This document shows positions 21,296-31,563 of a stretch of 64,000 nt of DNA, one piece after another. The translations under genes were made by a program, and so were the position numbers. Origin of the DNA: Opitutia bacterium (GTDB lineage Bacteria > Verrucomicrobiota > Verrucomicrobiia > Opitutales > T3Sed10-336); assembly GCA_050506795.1 (NCBI GenBank), contig JBJHCF010000020.1, positions 1-64,000 on the forward strand. Reading direction: 5' to 3'. The notes below the pieces were generated by a model, which searched no databases, was not told the origin of the DNA, and saw nothing but the letters and a program-made list of their open reading frames with translations. Position 1 is the first letter of the stretch; every line of letters starts with the position of its first letter.

Positions 21296-24070
21296 TCAGC
21301 CGGTCATTCCCAGACCGCTGGCGATGGCATTGATCAGAAGGAGCATTTCCGGGAGGAGAGCGTTGGCTTCGTCCTCCCGGCCCGCCGCCTTGTATTCACG
21401 CCAAATTTGGAGCTTTTCGATCTGAAGCTTGTGCAACGGACGCAATCGTTCCGATCGGAAGCCGATCATCTTGTACATGCGCGGGCGGCGGTCCGTGAGT
21501 TTGTGACCGTAGAGGGCTTCCAGGTGCTCGCGCGTGCGCTCGAACTCGGCGGTGATCTGCTTCAGGTAGCGTTCGGCCAGGCCCCGGTCCTCAACCAGCG
21601 AGGCGTAGGCTTCCATGATGCCGGTGTCGGTGAAGGCGATGGCGGAGGAGGCGTTGGTAATGATGTAGCGGAAGGGCATGAATTCGACCGCGTGCCGGCT
21701 CAGCGTCTCAAAGGCATCGGCGTCCGCTTTTTTGAGCTGTTCCAGTGCTGAACCGACTCCGTACCAGCCGGTGAGGAAGAATCGCGACTGGCTCCAGCTG
21801 AAAACCCAGGGAATGGCGCGGAGGTCGGCGAAAGTGCGCTTGCCGGTCCGTCGCGCCGGGCGCGAACCAATGCTGCTCAGTTCGATGATGTCGATCGGGG
21901 TGGCTTGGGCGAAAAACCGGACAAATTCATCAGAACGCACCAGGCCCTGGTAACTTTTCAGACTGAAATTGTAGAGGCGGTTAATGATCGGTTCCAGTTC
22001 CTCCTCCAGTGCGGCGATACGGCGGGCCGCGGTCGAGCGGTTCCCGAGGGTTAGACCCGCGGTGCCGGCTTGCAGGAGTTCCAGGTTGTAGCAGGCGGTC
22101 GGTGGATTGGCGTATTTCTGAGAAATCACTTCCCCCTGTTCGGTCAATCGCATGTCGCCCTGGATGGCTTCGGGGGGAAGACCCGCGATAAATCGCCGGG
22201 TCGGCCCGGCGCCGCGGCTGATGGTGCCACCGCGGCCGTGGAAAAAGCGAATCCGGACACCGTGCTTGCGGCCGACTTCGGAGAGTTTGCGTTGAGCGAT
22301 GTTCAGGCTCCAGAGGCTGGCCAGAATGCCGCCGTCCTTGTTGCTGTCGCTGTAGCCGATCATGACCTGTTGAACCGGATCGGCGGCGTCCGTGCTTTGT
22401 CTTGCCGCCAGGCTGCGGCGGGTCACCGGGTGGGCGAGAAACTCGTCCAGGATTCCAGGGCCGTTTTCCAAATCCTCGATGGTTTCCAGCAGAGGCACGA
22501 CCGGAAGTTCGCATATCAGGCCTTCGTCCGTGCGCCGCATCAGCCCCGCTTCACGCGCCAGCAGGTAGACGACGAGCAGGTCCGAGACGCTGCGAGTCAT
22601 GCTGATGATCAAGGATCCAATGGCGCGCGACCCGAAACGGGTGATGTGCCGGAAAAGCACGCGGTGGCATGCCAGCACTGCGTCGGCTTCGACCCCGATG
22701 CCTTCACGATGGCGGACAAACGGGCGGGCGGTTTTTAGTTCCTCGTCCAGAAATGCCCGGCGTCTGTCTTCCGGCCACTGGGCGAAAGACTGACCCTCCT
22801 CGATGCCGGCGGCTTGCAGGAGCTGGGACAGGGCGGTATCGTGAAACTTACTGTTCTGACGGATGTCGAGCGCGGCCAGATGGAAGCCGAAAGTTTCAAC
22901 TTTGCGCGCTGTGGTCTGTATATCCGTCTGAGCAATACGCTGCGCGCCGATGGCTTTGAGGGAATCCGACAGAGTGTCGAGATCGGCCAGCAACTCGTCC
23001 TCCGAGGCGTAGTGAAACTCTGGATCCGGGCGACTGATGATGCGGCCTTCGCTGTCGATCGGCAGCCGGAGCTGCATCAGGTTGAGGTACTGACGCCAGG
23101 GTTCTCCCGTGTTTCGTTCGAGTGCTGATGCACCGGCGGTCTGGGTTTTTTCGGCAAGGGTTTTCAGGTGATTCTGGAAAAACTCCGGGACCGGGGTCTG
23201 ATAAATGGACAGACTGAGCCGGCGGGCCAGCGAGGTGAGTTCGTGACTTATCAATTGCAACGCGTTCTCACGAAGCTTCAAGAGGGTGTCGCGGGTGACC
23301 ACATCGGTAACGAAAGGATGGCCGTCGCGGTCGCCGCCCACCCAGTTTCCGAAAGAAATACGGGGCAAAGCCGAACGATCGGCAATCTTATCCCGCGCAA
23401 ATCCGGCTTCGGTCCAGGCGTCGCGCAGCCGCCGGTCAAGGACCGCAATGACGTCGGGGAAGATCTTGCGGAAAAAGTGAAGCACGTTGCGAAGCTCGTC
23501 CTGGAGAGAGGGTTTCTGCAGGAATACCTGTCCGGTGAACCAGAGGCGTTGCATCGCGGTCCTGATGTCGCCGTTGATCTGATGCCTTTCATTGGCGGTC
23601 CACATCGCGTTTTCTCGCTTTACCATCAGCAGGTAAATCGCGCGCAGCTGCTCGATGACCGTGGAGCGTTTCGACTCGGTGGGATGCGCGGTGAGCACCG
23701 GTTCTATTCGAATAGTCCGGAGAGCCCGCGCAATGGTCTCCTGGTCCACGCCCCCTTCCTTCAATTCCCGCAGAATGTAACCCCAGAGGCCTGAGATGCG
23801 GGCGGATCCGTGCTCGTCCTCAAGCTTGCGCCTGAGTTGGACGGCGGCGTTTTCTTCCGCGATCGCAATGAACTGAAAATAAAGCGAGAACGCCTTGGTC
23901 ACCTTTTCGGGTGTGGCGGCGGAGGCTGTCCCGTTTTTTCCTTCGATCTGTCGAATCACTTCCTCCTCTCCCAGTTCACGGAGCATTTCGATGAAACTGG
24001 TGTGCAGGAAGTTCAGGTCATCCTGAATCTTCTGTAATTCGATACTGTCGTCGGTCGTGCTGAAATACAT
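21296..24070 (-). CDS. ppc: Phosphoenolpyruvate carboxylase
   Basis: VLTAHPTE, WVGGDRDGHP, QVMIGYSDSNKDGG, FHGRGGTISRG, LRAIPWVFSW, C-terminal GLGMTG. Confidence 0.96.
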   Translation of the reverse strand: MYFSTTDDSIELQKIQDDLNFLHTSFIEMLRELGEEEVIRQIEGKNGTASAATPEKVTKAFSLYFQFIAIAEENAAVQLRRKLEDEHGSARISGLWGYILRELKEGGVDQETIARALRTIRIEPVLTAHPTESKRSTVIEQLRAIYLLMVKRENAMWTANERHQINGDIRTAMQRLWFTGQVFLQKPSLQDELRNVLHFFRKIFPDVIAVLDRRLRDAWTEAGFARDKIADRSALPRISFGNWVGGDRDGHPFVTDVVTRDTLLKLRENALQLISHELTSLARRLSLSIYQTPVPEFFQNHLKTLAEKTQTAGASALERNTGEPWRQYLNLMQLRLPIDSEGRIISRPDPEFHYASEDELLADLDTLSDSLKAIGAQRIAQTDIQTTARKVETFGFHLAALDIRQNSKFHDTALSQLLQAAGIEEGQSFAQWPEDRRRAFLDEELKTARPFVRHREGIGVEADAVLACHRVLFRHITRFGSRAIGSLIISMTRSVSDLLVVYLLAREAGLMRRTDEGLICELPVVPLLETIEDLENGPGILDEFLAHPVTRRSLAARQSTDAADPVQQVMIGYSDSNKDGGILASLWSLNIAQRKLSEVGRKHGVRIRFFHGRGGTISRGAGPTRRFIAGLPPEAIQGDMRLTEQGEVISQKYANPPTACYNLELLQAGTAGLTLGNRSTAARRIAALEEELEPIINRLYNFSLKSYQGLVRSDEFVRFFAQATPIDIIELSSIGSRPARRTGKRTFADLRAIPWVFSWSQSRFFLTGWYGVGSALEQLKKADADAFETLSRHAVEFMPFRYIITNASSAIAFTDTGIMEAYASLVEDRGLAERYLKQITAEFERTREHLEALYGHKLTDRRPRMYKMIGFRSERLRPLHKLQIEKLQIWREYKAAGREDEANALLPEMLLLINAIASGLGMTG

Positions 24071-24161
24071 GGTGTTTTCGAGTTTGCATGTTACGCCGTT
24101 AAGGATCAATTCTTTATGGTTCTGCTGCATTCCGGCGAAACTTTTGTTACCGATCCAATTC

Positions 24162-25313
24162 ATGCCACAGACCGCCAGGCGCCTTAATGGTTTCACCGAA
24201 TCCGTCATTCGCGGGATGACCCGCCTCGCCACCGAGCACGGGGCGATAAACCTTTCCCAGGGTTTTCCTGACTTTGATCCGCCGGAGGTGTTGCTGCAGG
24301 CGCTGGAGAAAGCAACCCGCGGGCCGTACCACCAGTACGCCGTGACCTGGGGTGCGCCGCGGTTCCGAGAGGCCTTGGCCCGCAAAATCCATCATTTCTC
24401 CGGGCTTGAGGTCGATCCAGATGAAAACCTGGTGGTCACTTGCGGCAGCACCGAGGCCATGATGGTCGCCATGATGACCGCGTGCAATCCAGGGGATAAG
24501 GTGGCGGTGTTTTCGCCGTTCTATGAGAATTACGCCGCCGACGCCATTCTTTCGGGCGCGGAGCCGGTATACGTGCCGCTGCGTCCACCGGAGTTTTCTT
24601 TCGACCCGGAGGAACTTGCTTCAGCGTTCGCTGAAGGGGTGAAAGCGATCATTCTGTGCAATCCCTCCAATCCGACCGGCAAGGTGTTCACGCAGGAGGA
24701 ATTGCTGACGATTCTTGAGCTGGCCGAGCGGCACGATGCGTTTGTCGTCACGGACGAGCCCTACGAACATATTGTGTACGAACCGCACCGCCACGTTTCA
24801 TTCGCCGCGCTGCCGGGAGCGTTCGAGCGGACCATCGTCTGCAACTCGTTGTCCAAGACTTACTCCATAACCGGCTGGCGTTTGGGGTATGTGATGGCGT
24901 CCGGCAATGTGGTGCACCAGGCGCGCAAGGTGCATGATTTTTTGACCGTGGGGGCGGCCGCGCCCTTGCAGGAGGCGGCGGTGACCGGACTGGAACTGCC
25001 GGACTCGTACTACCGCGAGTTGCGAGAGGGGTATACCCGCAAGCGGGATGTGTTGCTCGATTATCTGCGCCGGACGGGTCTGTCGTTCTCCGAGCCCCAG
25101 GGAGCCTATTACGTGATGGTGGACATATCTCCTCTGGGTTTCACCAACGATACCGCGGCGGCGGAAGATATCCTGCGACGCATCGGGGTAGCCGGCGTTC
25201 CGGGATCGAGCTTCTTTCGGGAACCTGAACACCGTTACCTGCGACTTCACTTCGCCAAACGGGAGGAAACCCTGCACGCGGCGGGACAACGGCTTCTGCG
25301 TTTGCGGGAGTAG
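24162..25313 (+). CDS. Class I/II PLP-dependent aminotransferase
   Basis: INLSQGFPDF, NPSNPTGKVF, DEPYEH, SLSKTYSITGWRLG. Confidence 0.93.
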   Translation: MPQTARRLNGFTESVIRGMTRLATEHGAINLSQGFPDFDPPEVLLQALEKATRGPYHQYAVTWGAPRFREALARKIHHFSGLEVDPDENLVVTCGSTEAMMVAMMTACNPGDKVAVFSPFYENYAADAILSGAEPVYVPLRPPEFSFDPEELASAFAEGVKAIILCNPSNPTGKVFTQEELLTILELAERHDAFVVTDEPYEHIVYEPHRHVSFAALPGAFERTIVCNSLSKTYSITGWRLGYVMASGNVVHQARKVHDFLTVGAAAPLQEAAVTGLELPDSYYRELREGYTRKRDVLLDYLRRTGLSFSEPQGAYYVMVDISPLGFTNDTAAAEDILRRIGVAGVPGSSFFREPEHRYLRLHFAKREETLHAAGQRLLRLRE

Positions 25314-25376
25314 ACCGAAAAGGACTTCGCGAATTCATTGATTTTCGAGGTCGGACAGGATTAGATCGCGGCGACT

Positions 25377-26588
25377 ATGGGAAGAAAACCTTTTAACGAT
25401 CACCCGTTTGCGTACCACGCGGAAATCGAGCTGGAGATTACTTCGCTGACCAATCTCGGACAGGGAGTGGGGCGGGTCGACGGCTGGGTGTTGATGGTGC
25501 CGTTCGCCCTGCCGGGTGAACGGGTGCGGGCCAGGGTTTACCGCAATCACAAGAATTATTCGGAGGCGGACCTGGTGGAGGTTTTGCGGTCGGCGCCGCA
25601 CCGCGTGGAGCCGCGCTGCCCCGTGTTTGGAACCTGTGGGGGGTGTCAGTATCAGAACCTGGACTACGAGGAGCAATTGCGCTGGAAGCGCCGTCAGGTC
25701 GCGGAGTTGCTGCAGCGCATGGCTGATATCGAGGCCGAAGTGGAGCCGGTGGTTCCGTCGCCACGGCTCTACGGCTACCGGTCGAAACTGACGCCTCACT
25801 TTCAGCGTCCGCGCCAGGGAGAGCCACCCGCTATCGGTTTCCTGGCGCAGGGCTCGCGTCGACGCCTGGTGGACGTCTCGGTGTGTCCCATCGCCACTGA
25901 CGGAATCAACCTGGTTCTGCCGAAGGTCCGGGAAGAGGTGTTTCGTCAGGCCGGGAAATACAAAAAGGGTGCGACCCTGCTGTTGCGCGATTCGGAGGAG
26001 GGGGTGGTTACAGACCCCCGGAAGGTGATCACCGAACGGGTAGGTTCGCTGCGATTTCGATTTCTGGCGGGCGAATTTTTTCAGAACAATCCCTTCATCC
26101 TCGAGGAACTGATCGGACATGTGGGAAGGGAGAGTGGAACGGCTCGCTGTTTGATCGACGCCTACTGCGGTTCCGGGCTCTTCGCGCTGAGTCTGGCCGA
26201 TCGTTTTGAGCGAGTGGTCGGAATTGAAGTCAGCGAACGGGCGGTGTCCTGGGCCGAGGAGAACGCGCGTCTGAATGAAGTTGGCAACTGTTCGTTCCAG
26301 GTGGGAGACGCCGCTTCGATTTTCTCCGGAGTGGATTTTCCGGGAGAGGAAACCTCGGTAATCATCGATCCTCCGCGCCGGGGCACGGACCAGACCTTTC
26401 TGAACCAGCTTTTTGAATACGGTCCCGCCCGCGTGGTTTACGTCTCCTGCAATCCGGCCACCCAGATCCGCGACCTTAAATTCTTCCGCCAGAACGGCTA
26501 TACTATCCGCAAAGTGCAGCCCTTTGACCTATTTCCCCAGACCCGGCATTTGGAATGCGTGGTGACTTTGGAAAAGGCTGCAGGATGA
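25377..26588 (+). CDS. TRAM-domain RNA m5U methyltransferase (RlmD/TrmA family)
   Basis: TRAM N-terminus, C-x5-CGGC iron-sulfur motif, FFQNN, DAYCGSG, DPPR, YVSCNP, DLFPQT. Confidence 0.93.
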   Translation: MGRKPFNDHPFAYHAEIELEITSLTNLGQGVGRVDGWVLMVPFALPGERVRARVYRNHKNYSEADLVEVLRSAPHRVEPRCPVFGTCGGCQYQNLDYEEQLRWKRRQVAELLQRMADIEAEVEPVVPSPRLYGYRSKLTPHFQRPRQGEPPAIGFLAQGSRRRLVDVSVCPIATDGINLVLPKVREEVFRQAGKYKKGATLLLRDSEEGVVTDPRKVITERVGSLRFRFLAGEFFQNNPFILEELIGHVGRESGTARCLIDAYCGSGLFALSLADRFERVVGIEVSERAVSWAEENARLNEVGNCSFQVGDAASIFSGVDFPGEETSVIIDPPRRGTDQTFLNQLFEYGPARVVYVSCNPATQIRDLKFFRQNGYTIRKVQPFDLFPQTRHLECVVTLEKAAG

Positions 26589-27037
26589 TGCTTATGTAAA
26601 ACAACTTAAAGAGAAGTTTGCCTCCAGTTTCTTCCGCTCCTTAATCAACACGTCCCCGGTCTTGAGGTTATCCTTCGTGCGGGGGTGATCGTTCCTTTTG
26701 CCGCCGGTGCCGCCACAACCCCGGGGGGCCACGACGTCACCCCGGGTCCGTCGCTCGGGGTGGAGGGCCTGGACGTCAGTCCCAAACTGGCCACGAGGGA
26801 ATACCTTTTGACGACTCTCAGTCCGCGCCGATCGCCCCGCGTTTTGGTCCCGCTTCGCCCTCTCTCGCAGAGACCGGCGTCTGCCGCGTTCGAGGGGACC
26901 TCCTGCTCCTTGCTGAGAAATCCGATCCCGCGACTGCCTCACCCTCTCGATCGTTCGTTTCGTCTGCGCTGTATATTGGTTTCATCCCTGGGTATGGATT
27001 ACTGCGACGCGCATAAACGCCGATCGGGAGCAGGCCT

Positions 27038-27861
27038 GTGACGACATCGTTATCCACCATTCCCGATCGCCGGAAGCCTATGCCCGCGATCTGGTGGACG
27101 TTGCCGGCCGGGTCAACGCCGCCTTCCCTGCGGCACAAGTGGGAATCACCATGGCTCGTCACGCGAACGCTCGCGCACCGGTCTGTGACCGATGCGGAAG
27201 GACGGTTCGAATGGCACGAAGCTCCGAAGGATTCCCTGACCGTCGACGTCTGGGCTCCGCTTCATGTCAACCGTTCGGCTCCGGTGAGGGCAGGTGATGA
27301 GAATCGAATTGAACTGAAGGGTCCATCCTGATCAAAGATGACGTGGTGGGCGCCGAGAGCGGCGAGCCGGTGAAACGGTTTTACGTGGCAACCGGGAACC
27401 TTCGCCCCGACCACATGGGTCGACCTGGGCGGCAATGGCCGGCCCGTAATCGGAAGGATATCGCTCGACTCACTGGATGGACCGTGGGGCATTCGTTCAA
27501 CCCCACCGATCTGTTGCCGATGCGACCGGGCCGTCTGAGGTTGGATGATGTCCAGGAATGGGAGGCGAGTCAGGAAGGGAAAGCAAATTTCCGGAAACGC
27601 GTGGTTCGCCTCGGCACCTTTGTGCTCGCGCCGGACGGTTCGTTTGAAATCGACGATCTGGCGCCCGGAGACTACAAATTAAGAATTAGCTATGCTGAAC
27701 CCAAGCCGGTGAGAGTTCGAGATGATGCCCCCGACGTCATTTAGGTCGAGCACCAAGACAGTATCACCCATGAATTCACCGTTCCGGAATTCGACGGACC
27801 GTACAGCCAGGAACCCTTGGAACTGCCTGAATTGTCGCTTTTTCTGCCAGGCAAAATATAG
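27038..27861 (+). pseudogene. Decayed gene for a carboxypeptidase-regulatory-like (Ig/prealbumin-fold) repeat protein
   Basis: TDAEGRFEWHEAP fragment, frameshift near 27325 into ILIKDDVVGAESGEPVKRF, DGSFEIDDLAPGDYKL, in-frame TAG at 27742-27744, then HEFTVPEFDGPYSQEPLEL to TAG 27859-27861; the 5' limit is uncertain. Confidence 0.65.
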
Positions 27862-27897
27862 GTTGACAGATTTGGTTTGGGGGGTTGGGTATGGGGC

Positions 27898-28872
27898 ATG
27901 AGATTGAATCGGAGGCGACTGAAGGTTTTGGGAGAGGTGAGCGGGGTGTACCACTGCATGACCCGGGTGGTGGCCGGGGAGCGTTTGCTGGGGAGGCGGG
28001 AGAAGGAGGTGTTGCGTAAACAACTCCACCGTCAGGCGGAGTTTTGTGGGGTGCAGGTGCTCACTTACTGCATCATGAGCAATCACTTCCACGTCCTGGT
28101 ACGGGTGCCTCCCGAGAGCGAGACGCGCGGTGTGGAGCTCGAGGAGTTGGTGCGGCGGGTGGGGGTGCTGTATCCGCGTGAGAAGGCCCTGGCGTGGGAG
28201 GCGCGTTTGCGTGGAGATGACGGCGAGGCGGCGCGGGAGCGTTTGCTGGCGCGCATGGGTGATGTGTCGCAATTTATGCGTGAGCTCAAGCACCGCTTTT
28301 CATTGTGGTACAACCGCAGCCGGGGGCGTTACGGAACGTTGTGGGCGGAGCGTTTCAAGAGTGTGTTGGTGTCGCCGGATCGCGGGGCGCTTTTGGCGGT
28401 GTCGTGTTACATCGACCTGAACGCGGTGCGTGCGGGGCTATGCACGGACCCGAAGGACTACCGCTGGTGCGGCTACGCGGAGGCGTGCGGGGGGGGCCTG
28501 GCCTCGCGTGCGGGGTTGCAGCGGATGCTTGAGTTGGAGGATTGGCGTGAGTGCCAGAAGGCGTACCGGGTGCACCTGTTTGGGCGTGCGAACGCGGCGT
28601 TGATGGGCGAAGGGCAGGGGTTGCCCATGAGTGTGGTGGCGCGGGTGAAGGGGCGGGAAGGGGAATTGAGCCTGCCGGAGGTGTTGCGTTGCCGGGTGCG
28701 TTATTTCACAGCTGGAGCGGCGATTGGGACGCGAGAGTTCGTGGAGGAGGTGTTGCGTCAGAACGCGGGGATGTTCGGCAATAACCGCAAGAGCGGCGCG
28801 GTGCGAATGCGGGGGAAGGGATTGCGGGACCTCTATAGCTTAAGGAATTTGCGGAAGGACGTATTTGGTTGA
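27898..28872 (+). mobile_element. Y1 HUH transposase, REP-associated tyrosine transposase (RAYT)-like
   Basis: YHCMTR, YCIMSNHFHVLV (HUH), GTLWAERFKS, YIDLNAVRAG, PKDYRWCGY; element ends not identified. Confidence 0.88.
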
Positions 28873-29023
28873 AGCCTGCATCCGTGGCGGGCCGGGGTGG
28901 ATTTCATTTGATCAACGAGGTCCGGTCTTCGAGTTATTGTAATGACTAATTGTTTTTGGTCACGCGAAGCCGGAAATCCCAGGCCAAGGTCGGGGGGAGG
29001 ATCCGCTGAAAAAGGAGGAGATC

Positions 29024-29169
29024 AACCACGAAGGACACAAGAGCGCGAAACCGGGATCTGGATTCAGTGGACAGGACTAAGGAAGGAGCGAGTCGGCTGG
29101 GTGCTGGAACCAGAGGCTAGCAACAATAAACGGCTCGCTCCTCGCCCGTTGTACTCGTGTCCTGTGGTT
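29024..29169. repeat. Imperfect inverted repeat pair AACCAC..GGACAC..AG
   Basis: aaccacgaaggacacaagag (29024-29043) versus ctcgtgtcctgtggtt (29154-29169); heptamer-like run follows at about 29184-29230. Confidence 0.5.
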
Positions 29170-29336
29170 CCTTCCGCAGCGCCAAAACCACGAATCCGAA
29201 ACCAGGCACCGAGAGCACTGATCACAACTATCCCACCTGCTTTACCTCGTAGAGGTTTGCAGTATTAGCGAGTGCCGTGGTTCCCGAATGTTTGGGCCGT
29301 GGCGATCGGAAGACTACAACCTGTGGTGACTCATCG

Positions 29337-30620
29337 TCAGAAGGTAAGATAGACGCCGGTGACGATGGAATTCGAGTTGCGCTCGCCGTTGGGGTTGGCG
29401 TCCAGGCGGGTGCGTTCGTATCCAATTTTGAAATTCAGGTTCTGGCCACGGGCAAAGTAGGTGGCGCCGATGCGGGCGTTGGTGTAGGAACCCGCGCCAC
29501 CGGGGGCGTCGCTGTCCCACTCCTCGTAGAGGATCCAGGGTTGGATTCGGAGTTCCGGGAAATAATATCCAGCCTGGGCGAAGAAGCCCTCGCCCTGCGC
29601 CTGTAGGCCGGAGACGTTGTTGGCGCCCGGGAAGGCGGATCCGTCGCGACGGTTGAGCAATCCCGCGTCATCGAGATCGAGTTGCCCATAGGCGGCTTCG
29701 AAATTTACGGTTCCCGGGCCGAGGGGTTGTTCAGCGAAAAGATCGACTGTCCAAAAGCGATAGTTCACTTCGTTGCCGGTGCCGGCGTCGATGGCCACCC
29801 GGTTTTGGGCGTCGAAGGAAACTCCGATTCCAACGGTTTGCTTGCGCCCGAGGTAGGTGGAGGAGTTAAAGAAGCCGTTTTCGTGGTCGCCGAAGTTAAT
29901 GGCGGCGCGCCCGCTGTAGCGGAGGTCGCCTTCGTCGCGGGCGGGACTGTTGCCGGAACCGTCATACACGCCGGCGTAGTACTTCAGGTGAACGATTTCG
30001 GACAGGGAGCGGTCGCCCCAGAAGGTGACTCCCTCGTCACGCACTTGCGCGTCCATTCGCAGACCGGAGTCGGTGCCCGGAAGCGTTGACGTGGCAAATG
30101 CGGTCATGGCCCGTCCGCCGAAGCTCAGGTTCTTGAAGGAGAAATTGGGACGGTCGATCGCCATCATGGCCGCGGCGGATGTCGTCCCTGCCTGGCGACC
30201 AGTGCCAGCCACCAGGTGGCGTCCGACGAAAAACTGAGCTTCCGGAAGTGGTTTGAAGTGAGCGTAGCTGTCGATAAGGATGACGTTGCTACCGGACACT
30301 TCGGTGGCGAGGGAAAAGCCGGCCCACTCCACCACTTCTCCGCGGACCATGATCCTGGCCCTTCGCATCCGGAACTCCATGTCGTCGTTGACCAGATTGC
30401 TGTCGTTGTAGATAAAAAGCGGCTGGATCCGGGCACCAAGGCTGACCCAACCCTCTTCGCCGAAGTGCAATCGGGTGGGAAGCACGGGAGAAGGTGCGGC
30501 GGCAGATCGGATCTCCGGCTCGGATAAACTTCCGTCCTCGCGATTCTCCGCAGCGGTCAGAAGCGATCCGGCGACGGCGAAGCTCAGTGAAATCAGGAGA
30601 AAAGATGCTTTTCGGCTCAT
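29337..30620 (-). CDS. Outer-membrane porin (OprO/OprP-like superfamily)
   Basis: Signal peptide, FRMRRARI, LIDSYAH, amphipathic beta strands, C-terminal YLTF. Confidence 0.8.
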   Translation of the reverse strand: MSRKASFLLISLSFAVAGSLLTAAENREDGSLSEPEIRSAAAPSPVLPTRLHFGEEGWVSLGARIQPLFIYNDSNLVNDDMEFRMRRARIMVRGEVVEWAGFSLATEVSGSNVILIDSYAHFKPLPEAQFFVGRHLVAGTGRQAGTTSAAAMMAIDRPNFSFKNLSFGGRAMTAFATSTLPGTDSGLRMDAQVRDEGVTFWGDRSLSEIVHLKYYAGVYDGSGNSPARDEGDLRYSGRAAINFGDHENGFFNSSTYLGRKQTVGIGVSFDAQNRVAIDAGTGNEVNYRFWTVDLFAEQPLGPGTVNFEAAYGQLDLDDAGLLNRRDGSAFPGANNVSGLQAQGEGFFAQAGYYFPELRIQPWILYEEWDSDAPGGAGSYTNARIGATYFARGQNLNFKIGYERTRLDANPNGERNSNSIVTGVYLTF

Positions 30621-30872
30621 GAGAAGGAGGTTACGGAAGCGAAACCGGCGGAGCAATCCCGTATCTGCCGACACCGCTGTTATTGCCAGGGCCTTATGCG
30701 GCGTATGTTTCCGGGTTATGGGTTGCGGCTTATCAAGCACTCAACTGCCGCCCATTGGTTAGCGGTTATCGGGGGCACTGAGGGTGGTGATGTTGAAAGG
30801 CCTTCCGGAGAATCTTTTTGCTGAAAGGCAATACGATTTACCGATCCCTAATTGGCATCAACCTTTCCTGCC

Positions 30873-31433
30873 TCACACCCACCGTTCGATGGCTTGTCTA
30901 ATTTCTCGCGGGCAATAGGAGTCCTGGACTCCGAAACGAATGCACGGAATGCCGCTGACCCGCAAGGCTTCGTCGACAAAGTCGTCGCGCTCCATGCGGT
31001 CGGGCCGATCGTGGGAGCGGTCATCGAGTTCCACCGAGGCAAGGATTTCAAGGGTGTCGGGATGGCACAGGACGAAGTCGATGTGCCGGGACTTGATCCG
31101 GTTGCGGGCGACGAAGGCGGTTCGCGGGTCGGTTCCGGCACGAACCTGGATGATGTCCTCCAGACGGACTTTGGAATAGATGCGAAAGGTTTCGGCCAGA
31201 GCCTTTTCGAGGGCTGCGAAGAATCGCAGTTCGCTTTCGGTCATGAGGCTTTCCCGTGGTTCGTAAGGAAACGGATCTTTGGGACGACGGGTGAGCAGGT
31301 GCCACAGCAGGACCAGGGTGAAGATCAGTGCTATGGCCAGGACCGGCCCGAGGAGCATGTTCCAAGGCAGTTCGGGCAGATCGCGTATCCGGCCCGCAAG
31401 GTCTTGAAGCTGTTCTGGCAAGATGGAATTCAT
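30873..31433 (-). CDS. DUF2726 family protein with N-terminal TM
   Basis: LMTESELRFF..L, KVRLEDII, HIDFVLC, VELDDRSH, RDDFVD. Confidence 0.88.
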   Translation of the reverse strand: MNSILPEQLQDLAGRIRDLPELPWNMLLGPVLAIALIFTLVLLWHLLTRRPKDPFPYEPRESLMTESELRFFAALEKALAETFRIYSKVRLEDIIQVRAGTDPRTAFVARNRIKSRHIDFVLCHPDTLEILASVELDDRSHDRPDRMERDDFVDEALRVSGIPCIRFGVQDSYCPREIRQAIERWV

Positions 31434-31563
31434 GGGTGTTTAGGTGCGGCGGAGATCTGTCGAAAAATAGCATCGGGACATTGCCTCGACCGGGCAAGGG
31501 GCTATTGTCCGTAAATCCCATTGGCGTTTTCATGATGTCTTGTTGAGAATGGCCGATTATCAC

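Noticed and set aside
27742..27744. Programmed TAG readthrough (pyrrolysine or recoding)
   Set aside because: The same locus also has a frameshift and missing segments, and TAG is used as a normal stop elsewhere in the window; pseudogenisation is simpler.
27863..27895. Sigma70 promoter (TTGACA) for the transposase
   Set aside because: No acceptable -10 element at 16-18 nt spacing.
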